Virus record (IMG/VR): IMGVR_UViG_3300028048_000001
Location: 128,001-192,000 of that record
DNA from: a virus
Lineage: Duplodnaviria > Caudoviricetes
Length of the DNA: 64,000 nucleotides
Reading direction: 5' to 3' (one strand)
Part shown: piece by piece, positions 9,222-20,051 of the stretch
Layout: each line of letters starts with the position of its first letter
How positions within the stretch are numbered: the first letter of the stretch is position 1
Made by a program: the position numbers and the translations under genes
The notes under the pieces: generated by a model
What the model was told of the DNA's origin: nothing
The model's input: only the letters and a program-made list of their open reading frames with translations
Databases searched by the model: none

Positions 9222-10595
9222 ATGTCTTTTACGCCTAGTTATGATCATAATACTACAATGTCTAAACTTAATGTCAATGGTTCTATTTATTGGCTTAAGG
9301 ATGCTGATTTAAGAGCTATTATCGCTACTTTTGGTGATGCTGTTCTTAAAGATGTCGATGTTACTTTTGTTGAAGATAGCACTAATCTTGTGACTTCTGC
9401 AGCTATTCAGGCTTGGGTCGAAGATCAGATTAGTGACCTTGAAGGTGCTATGCACTTCAGAGGTGTCATTACTAGACAAGAAGGTGAGAGTGATACACAG
9501 GCTATTGCTCGTGTAGTTGCTGAGCCTGAGGCTGGTGATGTTGTTATCATGCAGGATAATGGTAAAGAATATATTTATGGCGGTTCCTCTTGGGAAGAGC
9601 TTGGTGACCAGAATATTTATCTGACCATTGCTACTGCAGCTGCTACTTATGTTCCAAAGACTACCACTGTTGCTGGTATTGCTCTCGACCATAGCATTAC
9701 TGTTTCTGAACTTGAAGCTGCTTCTGCTCTTAATCTTAAGGCTCTTGCTCATAAAGATTCTGCTACTGGTTCTGTGACTACTGCAGATTCTATTGATGAT
9801 ATAACCGTTGCTAAGGCTGGTGAATATGCTATCTCTGGTGATACTGTTGCTGTTCCTCAGACCTGGAATGCAATGGATGTTACTCCTGCTGGTACTGTTG
9901 CAATCACTGCTGGTACTGCAGCTGCTGCAACTTATCAGAAGACTTCTAGTGCTACTATTGCTGCTTCTGCTCCTGGAGATGGACAGACTGCAAACTATAC
10001 TCCTGCTGGTTCTGTTACTCTTCCGACCATCACTGCAGCTGTTACTCTTGGTAAAGAAGCTGTTGCTACCGTTACCGATGCAGGTACTGCATATACTATT
10101 AGTGATGGTGGTGTTACCAAAGCTGCAGATACTACTGCTAAGTTTGTTAAGAAGGGTGTTTCCTTTGCAATGGATACCACCGATACTGAGCAGCTGAATC
10201 TTAACTATGTTGCCACTACTGATACTGAGTTCTATACCGATGCTGTTACTGCAGCTGGTGATATTACTTATACCAAGCAGACCCTGTCTGGTGCTCTTCC
10301 GACCTTTGGTTCTAAGGATGTTGCTACTAGTGTTTCCTCTGCTACTGCAGTTTATGATGGTGATGCAACCTTTAATGGTACTGGTGCTGTTATTGGTGCT
10401 ACTCTTGCATACGAGACCGCAAATGCAACTGTTACTCAGCCTACCTTCACTGGTACGTTCTCTGGTACTGCTGCATCTGTTACTCCTACTGCTGCTACCA
10501 CTACTGATGCTCTTGCAAGCGGTAACATCACTGTTCCGACCGAGACCATTTCTCTTACTCTTAATAAGACCAGCAAGACCGTTACTGTTTCCTGA
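9222..10595 (+). CDS. Thr/Ala-rich virion fibre or decoration protein
   Basis: strong RBS, strongly T-ending codon bias, GAMHFRG and WEELG motifs, TPAGTV/TPAGSV repeats. Confidence 0.7.
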   Translation: MSFTPSYDHNTTMSKLNVNGSIYWLKDADLRAIIATFGDAVLKDVDVTFVEDSTNLVTSAAIQAWVEDQISDLEGAMHFRGVITRQEGESDTQAIARVVAEPEAGDVVIMQDNGKEYIYGGSSWEELGDQNIYLTIATAAATYVPKTTTVAGIALDHSITVSELEAASALNLKALAHKDSATGSVTTADSIDDITVAKAGEYAISGDTVAVPQTWNAMDVTPAGTVAITAGTAAAATYQKTSSATIAASAPGDGQTANYTPAGSVTLPTITAAVTLGKEAVATVTDAGTAYTISDGGVTKAADTTAKFVKKGVSFAMDTTDTEQLNLNYVATTDTEFYTDAVTAAGDITYTKQTLSGALPTFGSKDVATSVSSATAVYDGDATFNGTGAVIGATLAYETANATVTQPTFTGTFSGTAASVTPTAATTTDALASGNITVPTETISLTLNKTSKTVTVS

Positions 10596-10629
10596 TTTAA
10601 GTCTAGCTCTTATTATTAAAGACAATATG

Positions 10630-10652
10630 GGGAGGGAAGATACTTCCCTCCC
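10630..10652 (+). terminator. intrinsic terminator
   Basis: gggagggaag-ata-cttccctccc followed by tgtttttt. Confidence 0.85.
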
Positions 10653-10719
10653 TGTTTTTTATTATCAAACAGACATCTTAATATAAGTATTTATATATTA
10701 AGATTCGGAGATAATAAAA

Positions 10720-11738
10720 ATGAATAATTCTAATTGGTTATCAGTAATAATACCAGCATATAACTGTGTAAATACCATCGAAAGATTATTAGATTCTATT
10801 CTTGATCAGCAATGATGATGATTTAGAAATTATTATTTGTGATGATCATTCTACTGATAATTTTATGGATAAAGTTAAGCCATATTATGATAAACTTAAT
10901 ATAAAATATTATAAAACTAAAGATAGAGAAATACATTGTCCTAGTAATACAAGATTAGATGCATGGAAACATGCTACAGGAGAATGGATTACTTTTATAG
11001 ACTCAGATGATATGTGAACCTGATGTTTTTAAAGAAATAAAAAAACTTATAATAGAAAATGATGAAAAATATTTAGTATTTACTAATTTTAGAGATTATA
11101 ATTATGATACAAATAATTATAATCTTACTTTTACTGGTGGTACATGGCATCATGGTAAGTTTTATAATAGACAATGGCTAATTGATGAAGGAATAGATTT
11201 TAAAGAAAATTTATATACTAATGAAGATTTATATTTTAATGGATTAGTAATTGCTACATTAGAAGTAAAAGAATATAATTATACACAATCAGATATTTGT
11301 ACATATAAATGGGTATATAATCCAAAATCTTTTACAAGATCATTTGATTCTAGTAAGCATAGCCTACTAGAAACTTATTTTGAAGATTATTCATTTGCTG
11401 CAATTGATCCCTGGATAAATATATTACATAAATATCCAAATAAAAAAGATACTATCTTTTCACATTTATGTTTGATGATTCTTTATATGTATTTTTATAT
11501 TCAAGCTTATAAATTTTCTTTAGGAGACAAATATATTAAAAATAATGAAGATCTTATCAGAAAATCAATAATAAAAACATGTAAAAATTGCAATAAAAAT
11601 ATATCAGATATTATTAATTTAATATATTCTGATCCAAAATTTTATGATGAAATTAAACATGATGCTGAAACTGGAAGTAATAAATTTATAGAAGATGAAA
11701 GCTTTAAAGCTTTTATTAATAGAATTTTAATTTTATAA
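10720..11738 (+). pseudogene. family 2 glycosyltransferase with two frameshifts
   Basis: starts MNNSNWLSVIIPAYN at 10720; relative to the intact paralog at 12348 it has +1 nt near 10810 and -2 nt near 11014. Confidence 0.8.
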
Positions 11739-11830
11739 ATAATCTATTTAAAAATGAAAATGGACTGAAATGATGTCTATTAAATAAAAATACCTTCTTT
11801 TTGAAATGAGATAAAAGGAGTAATATAGAA

Positions 11831-12079
11831 ATGAGTAATAATAAAAAAGATATAGCCATCGTTAAAAGAGACAGCACTAAAAATTGGCTAAAAGCACAAA
11901 ACTATATTCCTCCTCTTGGTACTATAATTATTATGGAGAATGAAGATGGATCAATAGATAAAATAAGATTTGGTAATGGAAGCACAAATTTACATGATTT
12001 ACCAGATTTGATACAAGAAAGATATACTTCTTCTAATAAAACTAAATATCATCAAAACGAAGAATTATTAGAATTATAA
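11831..12079 (+). CDS. stand-alone Mtd_N/hyaluronidase-N-like fibre attachment domain
   Basis: KRDSTKNW...PPLG.I...K.RFGNG....DLP pattern typical of fibre N-terminal domains. Confidence 0.6.
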   Translation: MSNNKKDIAIVKRDSTKNWLKAQNYIPPLGTIIIMENEDGSIDKIRFGNGSTNLHDLPDLIQERYTSSNKTKYHQNEELLEL

Positions 12080-12114
12080 AAACAAATTTTTCATAATAAT
12101 TAGGAGGAAATATT

Positions 12115-12288
12115 ATGTCAGATATTTCTAAACTTAAAGTAGAAGGTACAGTGTATAATATTAAAGATTTAACCGCTAGAAATTCAGCTTCTGATGCTTT
12201 AAAGAATGATGAAAAATATTCTAGTACGCAACCTTCTGCAGGAACCCAGAATGTTGGAGCGTTTTGGACTCAAATTCTTGACTCTTGA
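12115..12288 (+). CDS. 57-aa protein missing from the ORF track
   Basis: aggagg RBS; MSDISKLKVEGTVYNIKDLTAR resembles MSKLNVNGSIYWLKDADLR in ORF 9222. Confidence 0.7.
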   Translation: MSDISKLKVEGTVYNIKDLTARNSASDALKNDEKYSSTQPSAGTQNVGAFWTQILDS

Positions 12289-12347
12289 TAAAAAATAAGT
12301 AATCAGCACTTACTTAATTTATTATTTATATTTGGGAGAAAATAAAT

Positions 12348-13376
12348 ATGTACAAACATGATCCTAATTCTAATTGGTTATCAATTATTATACCAGCATA
12401 CAATTGTTCAAAGACTATAGGGAGATTATTAGATTCTATTCTTGATCAACATGATGATGATTTAGAAATTATTATTTGTGATGATCATTCTACTGATAAT
12501 TTTATGGATAATGTTGTTCCCTATACAGATAAACTTAATATAAAATATTTTCAAACTATTCCAAGAGAACTTCATTGCCCAGGTAATACTAGATTTGACG
12601 GTTGGCATCATGCAACTGGAGAATGGATTACTTTTATAGATAATGATGATATGTTTGAACCAAATGTTTTTGGTAGGATAAAAGAAGAAATTGATAAAAA
12701 TAATGAAAGAAGATTTGTATATACATTATTCAGAGATTATATAGTTGAAACTGGTGAGTATATGCAAGTATTTGATGGTATTACTTGGATGCATGGTAAG
12801 TTTTATAACAGGCAATGGTTAATTGATGAAGGAATAGATTTTAAGGAAAACTTGTATACACATGAAGATTTATATTTTAACAGTTTGGTTGCTTCTACTA
12901 TGGTAAGTCAAGATATTACATATACTAGAATAGAAGATATTTATACTTATAAATGGGTATATAGATTAGATTCTATGAGTAGAAGATATGCCAATGCTAC
13001 AAATGGATTTATTGAAACATATTTTAAAGATTATGTGTATTCAGTCATGGAAGCTTGGCTAGGGACTTATCATAAATTTGGAAAACACAAAGACTATTTC
13101 TTCAAGCAGTTAAGTTCTACTATACTTTATCTATATTTTTATTATCAAAGTTTTGTTTGGTCTAAAGGTGCTGATAAAGTTAAAAAGGATAATATAAAAG
13201 TAATAAAATATGCATTAAATAGACTATGCAAAGAATTTGATTGCACTAGACTTGATGTTTTAAATTTCTTATATTCAGATCCTTCTTATTATAATAGAAT
13301 TAAACATGAAGCTGAAATAGGTAATTGTGAATTCATTGAAGTGACCAGTCTTTACGATTTTATTAATTCTTTATAA
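12348..13376 (+). CDS. family 2 glycosyltransferase (GT-A fold)
   Basis: SIIIPAYN, EIIICDDHSTD, ATGEWITFIDNDD (DxD), HED motifs. Confidence 0.9.
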   Translation: MYKHDPNSNWLSIIIPAYNCSKTIGRLLDSILDQHDDDLEIIICDDHSTDNFMDNVVPYTDKLNIKYFQTIPRELHCPGNTRFDGWHHATGEWITFIDNDDMFEPNVFGRIKEEIDKNNERRFVYTLFRDYIVETGEYMQVFDGITWMHGKFYNRQWLIDEGIDFKENLYTHEDLYFNSLVASTMVSQDITYTRIEDIYTYKWVYRLDSMSRRYANATNGFIETYFKDYVYSVMEAWLGTYHKFGKHKDYFFKQLSSTILYLYFYYQSFVWSKGADKVKKDNIKVIKYALNRLCKEFDCTRLDVLNFLYSDPSYYNRIKHEAEIGNCEFIEVTSLYDFINSL

Positions 13377-13413
13377 ATACTTTTTAATATAACTTGTGAA
13401 AGGAATTAATACG

Positions 13414-16400
13414 ATGGCTGGCTTTGTTAAAACTAAAAGACATGTCTTAACCGATGATGGTTATAAGACTATATCTCAATGGAGTAATGCTAATTCTGTT
13501 GAGATGGATAATGGAACAAATGTTCAAACAGAAATTACAAATTTAAAAAATACTGCTACTAGTGCAGCTAATGGGCTTATGTCCAAGGATGATAAAGCTA
13601 AATTAGATACTGTAGCAACTTCTGCTAATAACTATACTCATCCTACATATACAGCAAAAACTAATGATCTTTATAAAGTAACAGTTGATAATACTGGTCA
13701 TGTTAATGCTGCAACTAAAGTGGTAAAAAGTGATATTACTGCTCTTGGTATACCTGCACAAGATACCACTTATGCTGTTGCTACTACTGCTAAAAATGGC
13801 CTTATGTCTTCAGCTAATGTAACAAAATTATCTACTATTGATACTAGTGCTAATAACTATGTTCATCCATCATTTACAGCTGCTGAGTCTGGATTATATA
13901 AAGTAACTGTTAATAATGAAGGACATGTATCCGCTACTGCTGCTGTTACTAAAGCAGATATTACTGCTCTTGGTATTCCTGGAGAAGATACTAATACTAC
14001 CTATGCTGTTGCTACTACTGCAGCTAATGGCTTAATGTCTAAAGATGATAAAGCTAAATTAAATAGTATAGCAGCATCTGCTAATAACTATACTCATCCT
14101 ACCTATACTAGTTCTGCTAGTGGATTTAAGAAGTTTACTGTAGATGGTACTGGACATGTATCTGCTACTGCTGCTGTTGCTAAGAGTGATATTACTGCTC
14201 TTGGTATTCCTGCACAAGATACTACTTATGCTGTTGCTACTACTGCAGCTAATGGTTTACTGTCTAAAGATGATAAAACTAAGTTAGACAGTATAGCTGC
14301 TAGTGCTAATAACTATACTCATCCTACCTATACATCTGCTGCTAGTGGTTTTTATAAAGTAGCAATTAGTGATGAAGGTCATGTTAATGAAGTTACTAAT
14401 GTAATAAAAGCAGATATAACAGATCTTGGTATACCTGCACAAGATACTACTTATGCTGCATTTACTTCTGCTGCTGAAGGATTAGTACCTGCTGCTAAGA
14501 ATGGTACTACTAACTATGCAACTTCTGGTTATGTATTAACCGGTGCTGGATGGAAAGCTGGTACTAAATATAATACCGATACTACCTATGCTGTTGCTAC
14601 TACCGCAGCTAATGGTTTGCTGTCTAAAGATGATAAGATTAAGTTAGATGGTATAGCAGAAGGAGCTAATAACTATACACATCCTACCTATACTAGTTCT
14701 GCTTCTGGATTTAAGAAGTTTACTGTAGATGGTACTGGACATGTTAGTGCTACTGCTGCTGTTGCTAAGAGTGATATTACTGGATTAGGTATACCTGCAC
14801 AAGATACTACCTATGCAGCTGTTACTACTGCTACAGACGGTTTAATGATTGCTGCAGATAAAACTAAGTTAGATGGTATAGCAGAAGGAGCTAATAACTA
14901 TACTCATCCTACCTATACTAGTTCTGCTAGTGGATTTAAGAAGTTTACTGTAGATGGTACTGGACATGTATCTGCTACTGCTGCTGTTGCTAAGAGTGAT
15001 ATTACTGGATTAGGTATACCTGCACAAGATACTACTTATGCAGCATTTACTAGTGCAGCTAATGGTCTTGTTCCGGCTGCTAAGAATGGTACTACTAACT
15101 ATGCTACTAGTGCTTATGTTCTTACTGGAGCTGGTTGGAAATCTGGTACTAAATATAATACTGATACTACCTATGCTACCGCTACTACTGCAGCTAATGG
15201 TTTGTTGTCTAAGGATGATAAAACTAAGTTAGATAGTATTGCAGAAGGAGCTAATAATTATACTCATCCTACCTATACATCTGCTGAATCAGGATTATAT
15301 AAAGTAGCTGTAGATGGTACTGGACATGTATCTAGAGCAACAGCTGTTACGAAGAGTGATATTACTGCTCTTGGTATTCCTGGAGAAGATACTAATACCA
15401 CCTATGCAGCATTTACTTCTGCAGCTGAAGGATTAGTACCTGCTGCTAAATCTGGTAGTACCAACTATGCAACTTCTGCATACGTTCTTACTGGTGCTGG
15501 TTGGAAAGCTGGTACTAAGTATAATACTGATACTAATACTACCTATGCTGCTGTTACTACTGCGGCAGATGGTTTAATGACAAGCACCGATAAAACTAAG
15601 TTAGATGGTATTGCAGAAGGTGCTAATAACTATACTCATCCTACTTATACTAGTTCTGCTAGTGGATTTAAGAAGTTTACTGTAGATGCAACAGGACATG
15701 TATCTGCTACCGCTGCTGTTGCTAAAACAGATATTACTGGATTAGGTATACCTGCACAAGATACTACTTATGCAGCATTTACTAGTGCAGCTAATGGTTT
15801 AGTACCTGCTGCTAAGAATGGTAGTACTAGTTATCTTACTTCTGCTTATGTATTAACTGGTGCCGGATGGAAAGCTGGTACTAAGTATAATACCGATACT
15901 ACTTATGCTGTTGCCACTACCACAGCTAATGGCCTTATGTCTTCAGCAATGGTTACATCTCTTAATAATTCTATTCCATCTTCTGAAAAAGGTGCCAATA
16001 ATGGTGTAGCTCCTTTAAATGCATCTGGACAGATTGATTCTGCATATCTTCCTGCATATGTTGATGATGTATTAGAATTTGAATCTAGAGATGCATTCCC
16101 AGCTACAGGAGAATCTGGAAAGATTTATGTAGATATATCTGTTGAAGAGAATAATACATATAGATGGTCAGGTAGTACTTATATTCTTATTGCTAAGAAT
16201 ACAAATACTACTTATTCTATTAGTAAAAGTGGATCTACTATTACTCTTACTGGTAGCGATGGATCAACATCCACTGTAAGTGATGCTAATACTACCTATG
16301 CAGCTGTTACTACTGCAGCTAATGGCTTAATGTCTAAGGATGATAAAATTAAGTTAAATAGCATAGATGCATCTGCTAATAACTATACTCATCCTACTTA

Positions 16401-19400
16401 TACTAGTTCTGCTAGTGGTTTTAAGAAGTTTACTGTAGATGGTACCGGACATGTTAGTGCTACTGCTGCTGTTACAAAAGCAGATATAACTGCTCTTGGT
16501 ATTCCTGGAGAAGATACTAATACTACTTATGCTGCATTTACTAGTGCTGCTGACGGATTAGTACCTGCTGCTAAATCTGGTAGTACTAGTTATCTTACTT
16601 CTGCTTATGTATTAACCGGTGCTGGATGGAAAGCTGGTACTAAGTATAATACCGATACTAATACTACCTATGCTGCTGTTACTACTGCAGCTAATGGTTT
16701 AATGATTGCTGCAGATAAAACTAAATTAGATGGTATAGCAGAAGGAGCTAATAATTATACTCATCCTACTTATACTAGTTCTGCTAGTGGTTTTTATAAA
16801 GTAGCTGTAGATGGTACTGGACATGTATCTGGAGCAACAGCTGTTGCTAAAACAGATATTACTGGATTAGGTATACCTGCACAAGATACTACTTATGCAG
16901 CATTTACTAGTGCAGCTAATGGTCTTGTTCCTGCTGCTAAGAATGGTACCACTAACTATGCTACTAGTGCTTATGTTCTTACTGGTGCTGGTTGGAAATC
17001 TGGTACTAAATATAATACTGATACTACCTATGCAGCTGTTACTACTGCAGCTAATGGTCTTATGATTGCTGCAGATAAAACTAAGTTAGATGGTATAGAA
17101 GATAATGCTAATAACTATACTCATCCTACCTATACATCTGCTGCATCTGCATTAAGAAAAGTTACTATTGATGCAACAGGACATGTATCTGCTACTGCTG
17201 CTGTTGCTAAGAGTGATATTACTGCTCTTGGTATTCCTGGAGAAGATACTAATACTACTTATGCTGCATTTACTAGTGCTGCTGACGGATTAGTACCTGC
17301 TGCTAAATCTGGTAGTACTAACTATGCTACTAGTGCTTATGTTCTTACTGGTGCTGGTTGGAAAGCTGGTACTAAATACAATACTGATACTACCTATGCA
17401 GCATTTACTAGTGCGGCTAATGGTTTAGTACCTGCTGCTAAGAATGGTACTACTAACTATGCTACTTCTGCATACGTTCTTACCGGTGCTGGATGGGCTG
17501 CTGGTACTAAGTATAATACAGATACTACCTATGCTGCCGCTACTACTGCAGCTAATGGTTTAATGTCTAAGGATGATAAAATTAAGTTAAATAGTATAGC
17601 TGCTAGTGCTAATAAATATACTCATCCTACTTATACTAGTTCTGCTTCTGGATTTAAGAAGTTTACTGTAGATGGTACTGGACATGTTAGCGCTACTGCT
17701 GCTGTTGCTAAGAGTGATATTACTGCTCTTGGTATTCCTGCACAAGATACCACCTATGCTGCTGCTACTAGTGCTGCAGATGGTCTTATGACAAGTGCAG
17801 ATAAACTTAAATCAGATAATTTATCTGGTATCTACACTGTTAAAGGTACTCAAACTGCAACTACTGGATCATGGTTAGGAGAAATTAATGTTCCAGCTCT
17901 TTATGATGGATTAACTATTGCATATTATCTTCCTTATAATGGGTCTGGTAATGCTACTCTTAATCTCACTTTAAGTGATGGTACTACTACTACTGGTGCC
18001 ATTGATTGTTATTATACTGCTGCATCTAGACTTACTACACAATATGGTGCAGGAAGTACAATAATACTTACATATTGGTCTGCTGGTAGTATTGAAGTTG
18101 CTGGTACTGCTACAACCAATAATAGATGGACACATTGCGACTATAATAGTAATACTACATATGCTTTAGCTACTACTGCTAAAATTGGTCTTATGCCAAT
18201 TCTTAGTAATAATTCTGATCAATATCTTAATGGTACTGGCAGTTGGTCTACTCCAATTGATACTACCTATGCTGCTGTTACTACTGCTGCAAATGGTTTA
18301 ATGACAAGCACCGATAAAACTAAATTAGATAGTATAGCTGCATCTGCTAATAACTATACTCATCCTACCTATACTAGTTCTGCTAGTGGATTTAAGAAGT
18401 TTACTGTAGATGCAACTGGACATGTTAGTGCTACTGCTGCTGTTGCTAAGAGTGATATTACTGCTCTTGGTATTCCTGCACAAGATACTACTTATGCTGC
18501 ATTTACTTCTGCAGCTAATGGTCTTGTTCCTGCTGCTAAATCTGGTAGTACTAGTTATCTTACTTCTGCTTATGTATTAACTGGTGCTGGATGGAAAGCT
18601 GGTACTAAGTATAATACAGATACTACTTATACTCATCCTACCTATACTAGTTCTGCTTCTGGACTTAAAAAGTTTACTGTAGATGCAACGGGACATGTAT
18701 CTGCTACTGCTGCTGTTACTAAGAGTGATATTACTGCTCTTGGTATTCCTGGAGAAGATACTAATACTACTTATGCTAATTATATTGGAGCAACAAGTAG
18801 TGCTGCTGGTGTTGCTGGATTAGTTCCTAGTGCAACAACTGCTCAAACATCATCTTATCTGAGAGGTGATGGTACATGGAATGTTCCAACTAATACTACC
18901 TATGCTGCTGTTACTACTGCAGCTAATGGTTTAATGTCTAAGGATGATAAGATTAAGTTAAATAGTATAGCAGCTTCTGCTAATAAATATACTCATCCTA
19001 CTTATACTAGTTCTGCTTCTGGTTTTAAGAAGTTTACTGTAGATGCAACAGGACATGTTAGTGCTACTGCAGCTGTTGCTAAGAGTGATATTACTGGATT
19101 AGGTATACCTGCACAAGATACTACCTATGCTGCTGTTACTACTGCGGCTAATGGTTTAATGATTGCTGCAGATAAAACTAAGTTAGATGGTATAGCAGAA
19201 GGAGCTAATAATTATACTCATCCTACTTATACTTCTGCTGCTAGTGGTTTTTATAAAGTAGCCGTAGATGGTACTGGACATGTATCTGGAGCAACAGCTG
19301 TTGCTAAAACAGATATAACAGGTCTTGGTATTCCTGCACAAGATACTACTTATGCAGCATTTACATCTGCAGCTAATGGTTTAGTACCTGCTGCTAAATC

Positions 19401-19929
19401 TGGTAGTACTAGTTATCTTACTTCTGCTTATGTATTAACTGGTGCTGGTTGGAAAGCTGGTACTAAGTATAATACCGATACTAATACTACTTATGCTGCT
19501 GTTACTACTGCTGCAAATGGTTTAATGACAAGCACCGATAAAACTAAATTAGATAGTATAGCTGCATCTGCTAATAACTATACTCATCCTACTTATACTA
19601 GTTCTGCTAGTGGATTTAAGAAGTTTACTGTAGATGCAACTGGACATGTTAGTGCTACTGCTGCTGTTGCTAAGAGTGATATTACTGCTCTTGGTATTCC
19701 TGCACAAGATACTACTTATACAGCATTTACTTCTGCTGCTGCAGGATTAGTACCTGCTGCTAAATCTGGTAGTACTAGTTATCTTACTTCTGCTTATGTA
19801 TTAACTGGTGCTGGTTGGAAAGCTGGTACTAAGTATAATACAGATACTACTTATGCATCTGCTACAAGTGCTGCTGCTGGTCTTACTAAAGCATCTTATG
19901 TAGATGGAACAACTCTTGTGGTATTCTAA
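13414..19929 (+). CDS. giant modular tail fibre protein (about 2170 aa)
   Basis: ATG at 13414 after gaaagga; about 17 NNYTHP...GIPAQDTTY modules, about 11 AAFTSAA...TKYNTDTTY modules, many GLMSKDDK.KL modules, two unique domains. Confidence 0.8.
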   Translation: MAGFVKTKRHVLTDDGYKTISQWSNANSVEMDNGTNVQTEITNLKNTATSAANGLMSKDDKAKLDTVATSANNYTHPTYTAKTNDLYKVTVDNTGHVNAATKVVKSDITALGIPAQDTTYAVATTAKNGLMSSANVTKLSTIDTSANNYVHPSFTAAESGLYKVTVNNEGHVSATAAVTKADITALGIPGEDTNTTYAVATTAANGLMSKDDKAKLNSIAASANNYTHPTYTSSASGFKKFTVDGTGHVSATAAVAKSDITALGIPAQDTTYAVATTAANGLLSKDDKTKLDSIAASANNYTHPTYTSAASGFYKVAISDEGHVNEVTNVIKADITDLGIPAQDTTYAAFTSAAEGLVPAAKNGTTNYATSGYVLTGAGWKAGTKYNTDTTYAVATTAANGLLSKDDKIKLDGIAEGANNYTHPTYTSSASGFKKFTVDGTGHVSATAAVAKSDITGLGIPAQDTTYAAVTTATDGLMIAADKTKLDGIAEGANNYTHPTYTSSASGFKKFTVDGTGHVSATAAVAKSDITGLGIPAQDTTYAAFTSAANGLVPAAKNGTTNYATSAYVLTGAGWKSGTKYNTDTTYATATTAANGLLSKDDKTKLDSIAEGANNYTHPTYTSAESGLYKVAVDGTGHVSRATAVTKSDITALGIPGEDTNTTYAAFTSAAEGLVPAAKSGSTNYATSAYVLTGAGWKAGTKYNTDTNTTYAAVTTAADGLMTSTDKTKLDGIAEGANNYTHPTYTSSASGFKKFTVDATGHVSATAAVAKTDITGLGIPAQDTTYAAFTSAANGLVPAAKNGSTSYLTSAYVLTGAGWKAGTKYNTDTTYAVATTTANGLMSSAMVTSLNNSIPSSEKGANNGVAPLNASGQIDSAYLPAYVDDVLEFESRDAFPATGESGKIYVDISVEENNTYRWSGSTYILIAKNTNTTYSISKSGSTITLTGSDGSTSTVSDANTTYAAVTTAANGLMSKDDKIKLNSIDASANNYTHPTYTSSASGFKKFTVDGTGHVSATAAVTKADITALGIPGEDTNTTYAAFTSAADGLVPAAKSGSTSYLTSAYVLTGAGWKAGTKYNTDTNTTYAAVTTAANGLMIAADKTKLDGIAEGANNYTHPTYTSSASGFYKVAVDGTGHVSGATAVAKTDITGLGIPAQDTTYAAFTSAANGLVPAAKNGTTNYATSAYVLTGAGWKSGTKYNTDTTYAAVTTAANGLMIAADKTKLDGIEDNANNYTHPTYTSAASALRKVTIDATGHVSATAAVAKSDITALGIPGEDTNTTYAAFTSAADGLVPAAKSGSTNYATSAYVLTGAGWKAGTKYNTDTTYAAFTSAANGLVPAAKNGTTNYATSAYVLTGAGWAAGTKYNTDTTYAAATTAANGLMSKDDKIKLNSIAASANKYTHPTYTSSASGFKKFTVDGTGHVSATAAVAKSDITALGIPAQDTTYAAATSAADGLMTSADKLKSDNLSGIYTVKGTQTATTGSWLGEINVPALYDGLTIAYYLPYNGSGNATLNLTLSDGTTTTGAIDCYYTAASRLTTQYGAGSTIILTYWSAGSIEVAGTATTNNRWTHCDYNSNTTYALATTAKIGLMPILSNNSDQYLNGTGSWSTPIDTTYAAVTTAANGLMTSTDKTKLDSIAASANNYTHPTYTSSASGFKKFTVDATGHVSATAAVAKSDITALGIPAQDTTYAAFTSAANGLVPAAKSGSTSYLTSAYVLTGAGWKAGTKYNTDTTYTHPTYTSSASGLKKFTVDATGHVSATAAVTKSDITALGIPGEDTNTTYANYIGATSSAAGVAGLVPSATTAQTSSYLRGDGTWNVPTNTTYAAVTTAANGLMSKDDKIKLNSIAASANKYTHPTYTSSASGFKKFTVDATGHVSATAAVAKSDITGLGIPAQDTTYAAVTTAANGLMIAADKTKLDGIAEGANNYTHPTYTSAASGFYKVAVDGTGHVSGATAVAKTDITGLGIPAQDTTYAAFTSAANGLVPAAKSGSTSYLTSAYVLTGAGWKAGTKYNTDTNTTYAAVTTAANGLMTSTDKTKLDSIAASANNYTHPTYTSSASGFKKFTVDATGHVSATAAVAKSDITALGIPAQDTTYTAFTSAAAGLVPAAKSGSTSYLTSAYVLTGAGWKAGTKYNTDTTYASATSAAAGLTKASYVDGTTLVVF

Positions 19930-19975
19930 AAAATAAAATATTTTATTTTTATAACATTATTTTTAAATAATTATT

Positions 19976-19999
19976 GGAGGAGAGGTTATCCTCTCCTCC
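19976..19999 (+). terminator. intrinsic terminator
   Basis: ggaggagagg-ttat-cctctcctcc followed by tttgtt. Confidence 0.8.
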
Positions 20000-20051
20000 T
20001 TTGTTAAGAAAACTTTAAATTAATAATGTTATGAAAGGATAGCCAAAATTC

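Noticed and set aside
9309-10625. 438-aa minus-strand ORF and other overlapping ORFs (9808, 9995, 10207)
   Set aside because: Shadows of the strongly T-ending codon bias of the 9222 gene; Ser- or Leu-dominated low-complexity products without RBS.
13560-19860. Dense direct repeats suggesting a CRISPR array or DGR template/variable repeats
   Set aside because: Repeats are in-frame coding modules with mostly synonymous variation; no unique spacers, no cas or reverse transcriptase gene, no adenine-specific pattern seen.
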